Of a stretch of DNA of 64,000 nucleotides, positions 1-13,509 are shown piece by piece. How positions within the stretch are numbered: the stretch's first letter is position 1; each line of letters opens with the position of its first letter. The stretch spans positions 60,326,001-60,390,000 of the forward strand of contig NC_043004.1 of the NCBI RefSeq assembly GCF_006345805.1, in the 5' to 3' direction. The stretch is from Octopus sinensis. Taxonomy: Eukaryota. Under the pieces are notes generated by a model. The model saw only the letters and a program-made list of their open reading frames with translations, did no database searches and was not told the origin of the DNA. The position numbers and the translations under genes were made by a program.

Positions 1-828
1 ATAAATATGTCTATTTCTTGGGCTATCATGAAAAAAGATCATCTTAGTAACATAATCTGTATTGCTTCACATTTCATAGATACCAAAAAAGTTATTATTT
101 ACATGCATAATAAAGGCGAAAGTTTGTTTTAGGTTCTCGGCATGTTTGTCTAAATGAGAACGTATAAGTGCAGCTATTGAAGAAATGTTGCTGACAATAG
201 ATATCAGTATCAAATAACACAGGAAGTGAGGTTTTCTTCATGACCAATGAAAAAAAAAAAATAAATGACTTAAACTTCCGGAATCGAACACAGAAGAGAA
301 GCCATTAAAAATTGTTCTGACAAGCGGTCTTTTGTTACTAATGTCTATATAAACTGTATTACAGACAAAAATACATACAAACACACACATACGCATATAT
401 TTGTACGCACACACACACATATACAGATGCACGCACATATATAAACACACATAAATGACGCAAATATACATATATATATATATGCATGCCTATATGCATA
501 TACATATATGTAAGCATACATCCACGCGTTCACACACACTATGCGCATACTCACACATGTGAGAGGTTATGCTTTTCGTAGTATATGTATGAAGATATAT
601 GCAACCAATGCATGTGTAAATGTTAGCTCAGTAAATGCAGTAAACTACGTCATTTTCTAGGAAACTTGATGTTTGTTGAAAATTGTAATAGAAAGAGAAG
701 AATGTCTCATTCGCCTCTAAGACTTCCCTAAAGAATGCGCGCTTAAACTGGGGAGAATTCATCGTCTCATCTGTCTCTCTATCTCTCTCCCCCCACTACT
801 TACTTTCGTTCTCTCACTACCTATATGC

Positions 829-860
<32 letters not shown>

Positions 861-1464
861 TATAATATATATATATATATCTATATATATATATATATAT
901 ATATATGCATATATATATGAACACATACCTATGATGATAGATAGGTAGAGAGAGAGAGGTGGAGGTGTTGATTGTGATATGTGTGTGTGTAAGTGTTTTC
1001 TTGTGGATATGATGTTCACTTTGCAGCCAACCGGTTCGCTATTCAACGCGATAGAACGAAACCATGTAAAATAATTTGTAGTGGATCTTGTATTTACAAA
1101 TGTTTGTCGTGTGTATTTTATTTAGAACAAAATAAGTGGAAATGTCTTCCGCCTTTCACAGCCTTCTGTTCTTTGAGTCTGGTCGCCTGTGAACCTGTTC
1201 GTCTGACTGACTGTCTCACTGTGTGTGTGCGTGGGCGCACGCGCGCACGTGCGTGTGTATTTAAATCTATATCTATACCTACATCTCTATCTGTCTATCT
1301 TTCTATCTATCTATCTATCTATATATATATATATATATATCTATTTATCTACCTACCTACTTCATTACCTACCTAACTACTTACCTACCAATCTATCAAT
1401 CAATAGATCAATCTATCTCCTCTCTCTCACACAAACACTCTCTGTCTGTCTGTGTCTCTTTCCC

Positions 1465-1502
<38 letters not shown>

Positions 1503-1632
1503 TTGATAGATAGAGAGATATATATGTATGTACATATACATATTCTAAATCATTGATAGGGAAGACACAAACACACAACTACATATATATATAATATATA
1601 TATAATATATATATATATAGATATATATATAC

Positions 1633-1684
<52 letters not shown>

Positions 1685-1726
1685 CTTACATATATATATA
1701 TATATACATATATATATATTATATAT

Positions 1727-1758
<32 letters not shown>

Positions 1759-1763
1759 ATATA

Positions 1764-2490
1764 TATTTCTAATGAGTTCAGTATGTGGCAAAGTAATTTA
1801 TTTTACTAAGCCCTTTTATATAATGTAATATTTTGAATTCGCCTTAAATGGTCCTTTTACATACTGAATACTTGGTGAAATTGATTAATAACTAATTAAT
1901 TTTACCGTCAATTGTTGAAAGTATAATTCATTTCTCTCTGTTTATTGCCTCGGTTTTCACCGCTAAAATATGGTGTTTGCTAGTTTAGCCCACGTGGGTG
2001 GAAGGGGAGAGCAGGAATTCTTCGCTTGCATATTTTGAATTTGTTGCCACTGTCAGTTTGAACGGGTCATCTGAGGTGTTAAGTCGCCAAAAGGGTATGT
2101 TCCTACTTTCAGTGTTTCCAAATCCAAATTAAGAAATTTTGGGCTGACGAAAGAAATGTCGAATTTTATTTGGCTGATCTAGAAACGTAACGTTCTCAAA
2201 TAATTTTGCACTTGTGATTTTTTTAATGTTTTTTACCCCCATACCTTCGTGGGTTATTCTGAGTAAACACTATCTGAGAGAAATTTTCTGTAAGTATTAG
2301 AAATAGCTAAAAAAACTTTTTGGGCTGCTATTTCTAATGAGTTCAGTATGTGGCAAAGTAATTTATTTTACTAAGCCCTTTTATATAATGTAATATTTTG
2401 AATTCGCCTTAAATGGTCCTTTTACATACTGAATACTTGGTGAAATTGATTAATAACTAATTAATTTTACCCTCAATTGTTGAAATTATA
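1764..2490 (+). mobile_element. Partial-tandem element: 162-bp direct repeats (1764-1925, 2329-2490; period 565 bp) with an internal hammerhead; PLE pLTR or retrozyme-like
   Basis: Near-identical direct repeats starting TATTTCTAATGAGTTCAG; HHR between them; flanked by TA-rich tracts. Confidence 0.7.
2138..2200 (+). ncRNA. Type I hammerhead ribozyme motif
   Basis: Stem I UUUGGG/CUCAAA; core CUGACGA at 2144-2150; GAAA at 2182; helix III AC-GUAAC-GU; GUU triplet 2192-2194; helix II imperfect (A.A closing pair). Confidence 0.65.
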
Positions 2491-2525
2491 TATATATTTA
2501 TATACTTTTATTTATTTATTTTTTG

Positions 2526-2739
2526 TACTTGTTTCAGTCATTTGACTGCGGCCATGCTGGAGCACCGCCTTTTAGAGTGGTGAAATAGTACAGCAGGGAT
2601 CACCACCTCCTGCCGGAGCCTCGTGGAGCTTTTTAGGTGTTTTCGCTCAATAAACACACACAACGCCCGGTCTGGGAATCGAAACCGCGATCCTCCGACC
2701 GCAAGTCCGCTGCCCTAACCACTAGGCCATTGCGCCTCC
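2526..2739 (-). mobile_element. Chimeric tRNA-derived SINE (5' half of family B joined to 3' tail of family A)
   Basis: Minus-strand head with A box TGGCCTAGTGG and B-box-like GGTTTCGATTCCC matches the 45150-45440 copy; 2526-2573 matches the tail of the 38624-39062 family. Confidence 0.75.
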
Positions 2740-2754
2740 ACGCCATTGCGCCTA

Positions 2755-3208
<454 letters not shown>

Positions 3209-3726
3209 TGATAATAATAAAGAGTATATCCAAAACATTTATTTTATGTTTATATACAGTATATTGTAGTTACCTGCATGTGTTTTCGCTGCAGCGACTA
3301 CTAACTGTTATAATGCAGCCTTGTACTTTTGTCGGTGCAGTTTCTTCACAGTCTCTCCATTTGATCAACCTCTAAAGGAACTGGACGAAGTAAATGTTTG
3401 TTAGTAATCTGATAGAAGTGGGGACCTTATTTATAGGTATGTGCTACTGACGTCAACTTCACTCCAGTCACTGTCCGACTTATGGTCTTGCCCCAACATA
3501 GGTTAAGTTCGAAATTATTGTATTTGTAAGACTCCTTGCCCGTTTTAATATGTGCGTGTGTCTGTAATTGATACAGACAATTTTTATTGCCTAGCGAAGA
3601 GTTTACAGAAATGTCCAACGAAAGAATTCACTGAGTGACTAACAAATAGTTTTAGTCATAGAAGTTAGATGTTGATTTTTGTGGATAGCCGTTGATTAGA
3701 AGTTAACTTACAACTAATATACCTAT

Positions 3727-3796
<70 letters not shown>

Positions 3797-4127
3797 CATA
3801 TACCTATATATAAATATATTCAATGAGAACATTATATAATATACTGAATTTATATTGGGTGCTCTATTGTATCAAAGTATTAATTCTATTGAAGTATTTA
3901 TACATTTAATACGAGCGAATGTATACATGTATATTTTTTGATAATATATTATTACTCATATTAGGAAATCAATATCAAAACTCCTCAGAAAGATATGCAC
4001 GTGTGAAAGATAATTGTTGCAATACAAATATATAAATAAATAAATATAAATATGTATAAAAATATATGTAAATATATAATGTATATGACCGTTTAAAAGT
4101 TTTGAATTAATTATTTTAAGTATCTTA

Positions 4128-4712
4128 CGATCGACCGAGTATCCGTGTGGAGATAGCCGAAAGAAGAATTTGACCCAGACTGCCTTCTTCCAATTGTTAA
4201 CCATGGTGGAGTATCTATGATGATCTTGGGTCCTTATCTTGGAAATCCACCTGCCCAATGGTTTCCCTTCATGGCAGAATTAATAGTCAAGACTATTTAA
4301 GCATTGTATCGGATCAAATTCACCCTATAGTTGCAGATTTCTTTTCGGAGGGAAACGCAATCATCAGGATGATAATGCACCAATTCCCACAGCTACAGTT
4401 GTTACTGAATGGCACGTGGAACATTCTAGTAAAGTTGAACAGCTTATCTGGCCACTACAATCCCCAGATCTCAATATTATTGAACATTTATGGTGCATTT
4501 TAGAAACACAAGTCAGGAGTCGATATCCTCGACCATCATCACTACAAGAACAGGAAAATGGAGAAAAATTCATTTGAAAAGAATTCAAACTTTGTAGAAG
4601 TCCATACCCCGTAGAATTCAAGCTGTTATTATTGGCAAAATCGGCCCTAACCCATATTAAAATAAGTTTGTTTGAAATCGTAAGGTGTCCCCATTATTTT
4701 GTCCAACTGCCG
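4128..4712 (+). mobile_element. Tc1-like transposon 3' relic (frameshifted DDE transposase plus terminal repeat)
   Basis: Translations VNHGGVSMM, INSQDYLSIVSDQIHP, QDDNAP, WPLQSPDLNIIEHLWC; ends ...TTTTGTCCAACTGCCG followed by TA. Confidence 0.85.
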
Positions 4713-4714
4713 TA

Positions 4715-4835
4715 AGAGCGTAGGCTCGAAACGTAAAAGACTTTTTTCTATTCCTGAGCGTTATACTAATACATCTGTTTGTTTTGTACACCACCTGTCT
4801 TCGTCCTTTGTTTTTTTTTCGTAAACTATCCCTAT
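4715..4835 (+). mobile_element. 5'-truncated copy of the HHR family also seen at 16.1 kb (helix II/III half only)
   Basis: AGAGCGTAGGCTCGAAACGTAAAAGAC and downstream TTCCTGAGCG...ATACTAATACA match the reverse complement of 16070-16202. Confidence 0.7.
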
Positions 4836-5281
4836 ATATATATATATATATATGAGTATGGATATTTGTAAACGACAGATGGCTTTGTAAGTTACGGAGA
4901 TAGAGCGACCTGAGGAAATTTATTAGTACAATAATAACTATATAATAATATATTTATATCAGAATTATTATATAGTCATTATTATACTAATAGACTTCCA
5001 TAAACGCTGTATATCTGTAACTTACAAAGCCTCCTCGTTTTGTTTACATATATTATATGTAATATATGACAGTTAAAGTATATAGTCATAAAATTTGGCT
5101 GAAATTGATGAGTGATCTTTGGGATTAATCGGATGCGCATGGCGCCGTTTAAGCGTTAATTTGTGGTTTCGATTCCCGCCTTCTTTAGCTCATCATATTT
5201 TAGTCAATTTGTATATAAATATCGCTTTCAATCGAGTAAATATATTATTTGATATATCATTATACATTATATATATTGTTA

Positions 5282-5369
<88 letters not shown>

Positions 5370-6050
5370 TCATGTATGTGTGTATGTGTATTATTGTATA
5401 TTTTTTCATGGTATTATATATATATATATATATATATATAACATTCATAATATATATATATATATAATATATATATATATATATACATATTTATATATAC
5501 ATATGTATATGCATGTATTTATGTATGTTGTATGTATATATAAGTACATGCTTCTTACCTCAGTGGCGTAGAGTTTAAAGTTGCATAGATCTAGGCAAAA
5601 CTGCAAACTTAAAATTTGTAAATAGAAAAACTATGAATTAAGACAAGAGTTAATAACTCGGTAATTAAGATTAAACACCATGTGAATCCTGCTTAATCGT
5701 GGACTTAGAACAATGAATGCAGTTGCTCAATGACCTAATGAGCTAATGGAGTTAACCTTTTTCCAGCATCAATTTCAAATAAAGATATTCATATAAAGTC
5801 TATAAATAGGCTTGCTTTGCAATAAAGCTAACACATTTCATCACCGCTACATACGTCTAACTGCTTTATATAACACAAAAGCCTCTGAAGAAATGCTGGT
5901 ACGTGTTATATAATGTTCAAGGATGGAATGCTTGTTTATTGATTTTGTAACCTGTGTTGATTAGGGACGTATAAAGGAGAGCAAGTTCAACAAAAGCAAA
6001 GTGTTTATATACATATCAGGAAGTTCACACAAGCATAAACTGATGTATGT

Positions 6051-6260
<210 letters not shown>

Positions 6261-7232
6261 TTGTCTATCTGTGCATGTGCGTATTTGTGCGTATTTGTGT
6301 GTGTGTTTCGATCTAGCTCTACAATACTCTATGTGTACTTATATACATGTATGTGTGTGAGTATGTAATTGTTTGTGTCTCGACTACTGGGCCATTAATA
6401 TATGTATTGGAAGTATGTGCATTTAACGAATGCAACTAGTAGACACAGTTGTTAAATTCAAAGAACGAACACTTCACCTATATGTAATTGTACTGAACGC
6501 AATCCCTGTAACTATAGACTATGATCGTTCTGTGCTACTTTACTCCAAACATTCCTTCGATTTTATCGACTCAACTACATTATTAACTTCTTGAGTTTAT
6601 GAACTTGGAATATAAAGAAATGCAAAATGGACATAGATGTCATTTGGAGTCAAAATGAAGAGATAACTTGCATCGTATTTCAGCATAGAGGTTATCAGCT
6701 GTGTGTCTTACAAAATTCTGGTTAATTTCAACAGTACTTTACAGATCTTGACAAAAGCTCATTGGCACGAATAATTTGCATTTATTGAACATACAGATTA
6801 TAAAACCTAAGGGAACAGAAGTTGTTGCTGATAAATCAGTCGCTATACGTATCGTCAGGAACACACGTGAGGCAGGGTTATCGTCGTACATATTATTATA
6901 CGAAGGCTTTTATCGAAATTAATATTTACATTTCCCAGAGTACTTGGTCAGTACAAAAATTCCGATACATTCGAGTGGCAGATAAACGCGGCGCACACGC
7001 TCACACACACACACACATACTTCCAATGATATAGGGGTACATATGCATACACAAATATGCAGGCATGTATATATACATGCACAGGTATATGCATGCGTAT
7101 TTATATATATATTTGTGGGTATGAGTGTGTTTGTGTGTGTATGCGGGCTACTTTCTGCGCATGCGTTATAAATACTTATTACATGTGTTCCTACGGAGGT
7201 ATGTACTTCTGTATGTATGAATTATATGTGTA

Positions 7233-7339
<107 letters not shown>

Positions 7340-7340
7340 C

Positions 7341-7409
<69 letters not shown>

Positions 7410-7507
7410 AAAACTGTTTACAACCTATATCTGCCTCTAATGGAACTATCTCCAATATTTCATGAGTATAACCTCACCCACTAAGATGTCTAGAGAACTC
7501 AAATGTA

Positions 7508-7598
7508 TTTTAGCTGATGAGTACGGGACACTTTTATCTGCTGCAATTTTTGCAACTTGTAATAAAGCCTGTCTTTGTATGAAACAATTGTACTAAAA
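7508..7598 (+). ncRNA. Type I hammerhead ribozyme motif with extended helix II
   Basis: Stem I UUUUAG/CUAAAA (6 bp); CUGAUGA at 7514-7520; helix II GUAC/GUAU extended by GACA/UGUC; GAAA at 7581; palindromic helix III ACAAUUGU; GUA triplet 7590-7592. Confidence 0.8.
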
Positions 7599-7625
7599 CC
7601 AATCCATTCTTGTTGCTTCTTTCTC

Positions 7626-7709
<84 letters not shown>

Positions 7710-7849
7710 GCGTATATAACACACGCAGGCACATATGAGCGTCTGCTAATACTTTGCATGTTGCACGTCTTCGCGTTGTTGTTATTCTCTTGTGTTTTAC
7801 CTCGTTTTTATTAATTTATTCTATATATGCAAAAGTGTCTGCTTCAGTA

Positions 7850-8930
7850 GGATACAACATAGGGAGAGTATTCGAAGAAAATGGCTCACCGACTCCGGAC
7901 TCCAAGAGGATCAGTGAAATACACAATGTGCAATACAACAATGTTTTCACCACTCCACTGGGATACTGCGAGTAGCCATGCCTGATGAGTTCTTTCACTC
8001 CACAGCTCTACACAACGAAATAGCAATTATTGATAGTGTCAAAACAGAGGAAACTGATGTGATATAAACCATTGATGAAATTAGGCCAAACGCACCATAG
8101 TTACTGATGAATTCTCAATAGTCCTCCTAAAGATCTGGAAAGAAGCTCTAGTAAGACCGCTTCAGATTCTCTTCCAAAACGTCCTCACAACCGGGATTGA
8201 TATAAGCAACAATGTCCCGTGTCACATGCATATCACTAAGATAGTGGCAGTGTGAAGGCAAATGGCCTGAGAGATTCTGAGAACCTTCAGAACAAGGGAA
8301 CAAGAAACTCTGCCGCTCCTATGGACATTCGTTCACAGCCGCCTGGAATACTGCTCTCAAATCTAGTCATGTTACTGTGTCGGATGAATAGCGGAATTTG
8401 AGGCGGTTCAGCGAAGCTGCACAAGAAAGATTGCATCATTGGAACATTTGAACTACTGGAGGAGTCTGAAAAAGCTACGACATTGCCATCTGGAGCGAAG
8501 ACTAGACTGGTATGCAGAGATATATGAGTGGAAGATGCCGGAAGAGCAGACACCAAACTTTGGGATTCAATGTTGTACCAGATGTCGAACGGAATGTCAC
8601 TCTACTTTTCTAGAAGTCCCAGATGCCCCGACTGAGGTGAGGAGCATGTGCTACAAAAGCTTGGCATTCAAGGACCCGCAGCTATTTAACGCCTTGTCAA
8701 AACATGTGAGCCATCTCCACGGGGTGGGAGTAAATGCTTTTAACAAACATATTTACCACTTGCTGTCCAAAATCCTAGATGAACCAATATCCAGGAAAGA
8801 AACTCAAAATAAGGCAGCAGTGTCAAAATTCCTCCTTCACCAAAAGCCAATCACGGAGAATTGGCCAGTTAAGGGTGATGACACTGGCAGTGCCCCAGCA
8901 TCAACACAGTTAAAACATATCCCAGAATAC
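7850..8930 (+). mobile_element. Degraded CR1-like LINE ORF2 relic
   Basis: ISEIHNVQYNNVFTTP resembles the pre-RT motif; ORF 8439-9071 LNYWRSLKKL..LERR..Y..IY.WK and PQLFNALSK..DEP resemble the CR1 ORF2 C-terminus; multiple stops and deletions. Confidence 0.7.
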
Positions 8931-8961
8931 CATATACATATATATACACACATATATATTA

Positions 8962-9039
<78 letters not shown>

Positions 9040-9144
9040 TATTATATATATATATATATATCCAAACATGAAAACACAACAACGCGAGGACGTGGAACAA
9101 ATATAGTATTATTTTGACGCTCAGGAAGGAAGGGAAGAAGGAGG

Positions 9145-9179
9145 TGTTTACGTTTCGAGCGGAGCTCTTCGTCAAAACA
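9145..9179 (-). ncRNA. Minimal type I hammerhead motif (U3 variant)
   Basis: Minus strand UGUU-UUGACGA-A-GAGC-UCC-GCUC-GAAA-CG-UA-AACA; palindromic ACGU helix III; part of a roughly 9060-9180 repeat fragment. Confidence 0.65.
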
Positions 9180-9220
9180 TATATTTATATATATATATGT
9201 TGAATATAATATATATATAT

Positions 9221-9270
<50 letters not shown>

Positions 9271-9281
<11 letters not shown>

Positions 9282-9853
9282 AATAAATATCTTCAAGTGA
9301 AAAAAATTTACAGATTTTTTTGTCTTATGAGGTTTTTCACGCTATCTACTTGATCATTTCTTAATAAGATTTTATCCTATTTTTATATTTGTTCCGAAGT
9401 AGCACGTTGTTACCGAAATACAATTCGAAAAAGCCCGCCATTTACATAAATATATGAAGGGTGAACATTTCCATATGCTACGATGGAGGCGACCGTTGTC
9501 CGCCTGGTTCTGTCTGGTATGTTGATTTTGTTCATTCATGATCTATTTTGAATTCGCTTCACTGACGAGTAGGAGACGTAGATAATACGTTAATTGCGAA
9601 ATCACAGGTGATCGGGAGCTAAATTCTGTTTTTAAATATCTCGCTTCGAGAATTGCATTCGGTACAATTTGTTTATTTTTGGTAGTTATGACTTTAAAAG
9701 TCCCTCCTAGCGTGTGGCATTTATGTGTAATAATGCCCTCTATATAATATAAATAAATATTTTCAAGTGAAAAAAATTTACAGATTTTTTTGACTTATGA
9801 GGTTTTTCACGCTATCTACTTGATCATTTCTTATTAAGATTTTATCCTATTTT
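9271..9853 (+). mobile_element. Partial-tandem element: 113-bp direct repeats (9271-9383, 9741-9853; period 470 bp) with an internal hammerhead
   Basis: Direct repeats with few substitutions; HHR at 9556-9619; (TA)n on both sides. Confidence 0.7.
9556..9619 (+). ncRNA. Type I hammerhead ribozyme motif
   Basis: Stem I GCUUC(A)/(G)GGAGC; CUGACGA at 9562-9568; helix II GUAG/UUGC plus ACGUA/UACGU; GAAA at 9598; helix III AUCAC-AG-GUGAU; AUC triplet 9611-9613. Confidence 0.7.
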
Positions 9854-9856
9854 AAA

Positions 9857-9937
<81 letters not shown>

Positions 9938-10529
9938 AGGTATTTCAGTGAGACCTACTGTTTTCCAAACTCTAGGCTAATCAAATCTGTGGAAACACTA
10001 TATATTTTGAAACAAATATTCTTTCTAATTTTTTCAGTCCAACCACCTGCAATCAGATAACACACGAAATAGCTTAGTGCTGTCAACGATAAAGAAACTA
10101 TACAAATGACAAATATGTTGTTATCTTGAAGTTACGAACTGAAACATGTTCAATATGTCTCGATTAAGCGACCGAGAAACCATTTCAATAATATCCAATA
10201 CCATTATCTGTAAGGAAAGATAAAGCCTCAGATAAGCCTATTAGAGAGTATTACATAATCATTCACAAACTCCCCTACCCGATATGTATCACTCTCTCTC
10301 CTTCTCTCTCACTCTCTCTCTTGCTCTTTCTCACTTTTGTACAGACAGACAGACACTCACACATATATACGTATATACATACATACATACAAACATACAT
10401 ATATATAATTTGCATACACACACATATATATATGTATATGTATACGGAGAAAAAGAAGGTAGTCAAGTTTTGAATGAAAATATATGTAAATATAGATATA
10501 TGTGTGTGTATGTATATATATATATATAT

Positions 10530-10575
<46 letters not shown>

Positions 10576-10804
10576 CAGATAAATAGATAGATAGATATAC
10601 ACGAGCAAAACGCTCCCATCCAATGGACGTTGCTGGGTTGTCAAACATTTAAGTCAAATTTTCTCAAAATAATTTTTTCGACCGACCCATAGGTTTCCCC
10701 TTTGAGAAGCACTGATTTAGCCTAAATTTCAGACAGCAGCAACAGAATAAAGATAGACTATTTTCTATTCAAAGAATAGCATTTTACAAATGCACGTTCC
10801 CACA

Positions 10805-10976
10805 GCTTTATCGATCGCATTCTCATCTGGAATCAATTTTCGTAATTATTTCAAGAATTATACACGCCCTGACACCGTCGGTGTTTACACATCAAATTTG
10901 AGCACAATTGGATAGAGGATGCCGAGATTCTAGAAGACGCACACACAGACAGACCGAACATATTTTATATAATGGA
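10805..10976 (+). mobile_element. Non-autonomous Helitron/Helentron-like (Lep1/HINE-like) fragment
   Basis: AAATTTGAGCACAATTGGAT...GAGATTCTAGAAGAC-(CAGA)n-TTTTATATAAT layout; homologous to 18266-18429. Confidence 0.45.
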
Positions 10977-11207
10977 ATATATATATAATATATTTGCCAA
11001 CTAGATGTGGCGGCCTCATGACCTCCCCTCGCAAATATTAATCGGACGCAGACAGTGTGTCGTTAGCCAGCTGGAGGTGATCTCTTCCTGGGGCTAAAAA
11101 ACAAGAGTAACATCGTCCTCTATGAGATCGCCACATGTAGCTGTCAATCATATATATATACATTAATTGATTTGAAAACCTTTATATTATTGGAAAACCT
11201 ATATAAA

Positions 11208-11293
11208 TTAGCTGAAGATGTCTCAGCATCTTAAATCTGCTGTAGTAGTTATAGCTTTTGATAAAATGTTGTAGCATGAAACAATTGTACTAA
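11208..11293 (+). ncRNA. Decayed hammerhead of the 7.5/55.9 kb family
   Basis: UUAG/CUAA stem I, CUGAAGA, GAAA, ACAAUUGU, GUA; base of helix II disrupted; same downstream CATTCTTGTTGCTT tail. Confidence 0.55.
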
Positions 11294-11381
11294 ATTACTG
11301 GATTCATTCTTGTTGCTTATTTTTTTGTATATATATATATATATCATATATAATATAATATATATAATATATATTATATAT

Positions 11382-11423
<42 letters not shown>

Positions 11424-11529
11424 TATATATATATTACGTTCATGGTGTGCTAAATGTTTTCTTCGGAATAACTTTTAGTGGCTAGCGTAAGAGAGTTCCC
11501 TTTTAGTGGATTCCCTCTCATATATGTAT

Positions 11530-11596
<67 letters not shown>

Positions 11597-12153
11597 ATAT
11601 GTATGTATATATATGTACGTATATATATTGGTTAAACTAGCAAAATGACCATTCCTAAATACAACAATATATATATATATATATATCTACAGACACACAT
11701 ACACGTTTTCAAAGTGAACTAATTCAAACAAGCTCCCTACATTCGTATTCAGTTAAAGGTCTAAGCGTTACTTTTAAATCGAATTGAATTCTGGTCTTAT
11801 AATCATCTATGCTCATAGTACAGTTGATTCGTGTTTTTAAAATGGTTATTCATATTACAATTAATTGTAAAAGAGTTAATAGTAAGGGATTTTCAAAATA
11901 GAAAAAGATACCAGAAAAGCTCTCTGTTGTGACCTGACTAACAATATTGTTTAGATTAGTGAAGTATTCTTATGGCAGTTTTCAAGATTCTCGTAATTCT
12001 ATATCTTAAGTCTATAGTTGGGCCCAATTGAAACTGCTTTTTACACACAATGATACATAAGACAAGGTTTAAATGATAGTCATTACCTATATTTCATAAA
12101 TTTGTAATAACCATTATTTATAACCTGTCTTACATGTATATATATATATATAT

Positions 12154-12633
12154 ACGTGATGCATATATGCCATTTGAATATGGCTAACCCAAAAGGGTGG
12201 ATGCTACTGTAGTTTGTAGCCCCAGGAGGACACCTCCTCCCGCTGGCTATAGACACACTATCTGTGTCCTGTCAGTATTTGTGAAGGGGAGTCATCCTCC
12301 CCGTCTTCAACACATGATACACACGTATCATTTCACTTTTTCAATATCAGTGTCATATCGACACTGGAAAAATTATATGTATTTGTAAAGGAATCTAACT
12401 TCTCGTCGACAACCATGATTCTCACACGCTGATGAAAGGTAAACACCTTGAAACTCGGGTACGGGTGTATCATGTGTTGAAGACGGGGAGGATGACTCCC
12501 CTTCACAAATACTGACAGGACACAGATAGTGTGTCTATAGCCAGCTGGAGGAGATATCTTCATGGGGCTACAAACTACAGTAGCATCCACCCTTATGGGT
12601 TAGCCATATTCAAATGGCATATATGCATCACGT
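12154..12633. mobile_element. Inverted pair of a PLE pLTR-like repeat (arms 12154-12326 and 12461-12633)
   Basis: About 173-bp arms with high identity; third family copy at 15757-15950; HHR at the start of the right arm. Confidence 0.8.
12423..12467 (+). ncRNA. Canonical type I hammerhead ribozyme motif
   Basis: CACACG/CGGGUG stem I; CUGAUGA at 12429-12435; helix II AAGGU-AAAC-ACCUU; GAAA at 12450; AC-UCGG-GU; GUA triplet 12459-12461. Confidence 0.85.
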
Positions 12634-12678
12634 TGTGTTACCGCTACTGTTTATAACTCGCTCTGAGATTTATCATTG

Positions 12679-12719
<41 letters not shown>

Positions 12720-12898
12720 CATATATATATATAGATATATATATATACAGAGAGAGAGGGAGGGGGAGAGGGAGAGAGATACTTTACTTGTACAGGCTTA
12801 GGAATTTTACTTTCCATGGATCGGTGTCAAATTGTTACTAAATTATATATAACCCCGCAATGCAATGACCGAGACATGCAAATGAAGCAAACAGCAGC

Positions 12899-13480
12899 TG
12901 ACTAATATCAGCCATTACTTTTTAACTCAATACCAAAAGACTGTATCCCATATGACAGCTCTTCTGCCTCCAATATTTTATGGCATTGCCATTGAAAATT
13001 CTAAAAATAATATCCATCATATTTGGTAATACGCCGGATCTGCAATATGGAGGTTCAGCAGAGTGAAGAAAAGTACATACATAAAAGTAAAGAAAAGAAA
13101 AGAAGAGGCACGAAAAGAAGATGAAAGGCTTAATATATTTAAATAATTCCATTTTGCTTGTGTCTCTTCGGGACGTTGAGTAATTATTTTTTTTCCTCAA
13201 TGTCCCGAGCAAGACATAAGGAAAATTGAATGATTTAAATATATTAAGGCTTTCATCTTCTTCTCAAGGCTCTTCTACTTTTCTTTTCTTTTATGTATGT
13301 ATTTTTTCTTCCACTCTCATAAAGCTCCATGTTCCAGATCTGATATATTACGAAATATGATGAATATCGTTTTTAGAAATTTTCAATGACAATGCCATAT
13401 AACGTTGGAAGCAGAAATAGCTGTTAGATGGGATACAGTGTATTTGTGTTGAATTAGAAATTAACAACTGATGTTAGTCA
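12899..13480. mobile_element. Old fold-back/MITE-like inverted repeat
   Basis: Arms of about 282 bp (12899-13180, 13196-13480), diverged, with a loop of about 15 bp. Confidence 0.7.
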
Positions 13481-13509
13481 ATTGTTGTAGATCAGTATTT
13501 CTCCATTTT

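Noticed and set aside
3917-3992. Minus-strand CUGAGGA with 8-bp helix II and TATACATGTATA palindrome
   Set aside because: GAAA and stem I are missing; probably a dead hammerhead and not counted
7983-8030. CUGAUGA...GAAA motif
   Set aside because: No stem I pairing; within the CR1-like coding relic
10113-10156. AGUU-ACG-AACU-GAAACAUGUU motif
   Set aside because: Helices II and III are present but the core is 9 nt and does not fit N-U-G-A-N-N-A; at best a decayed relic
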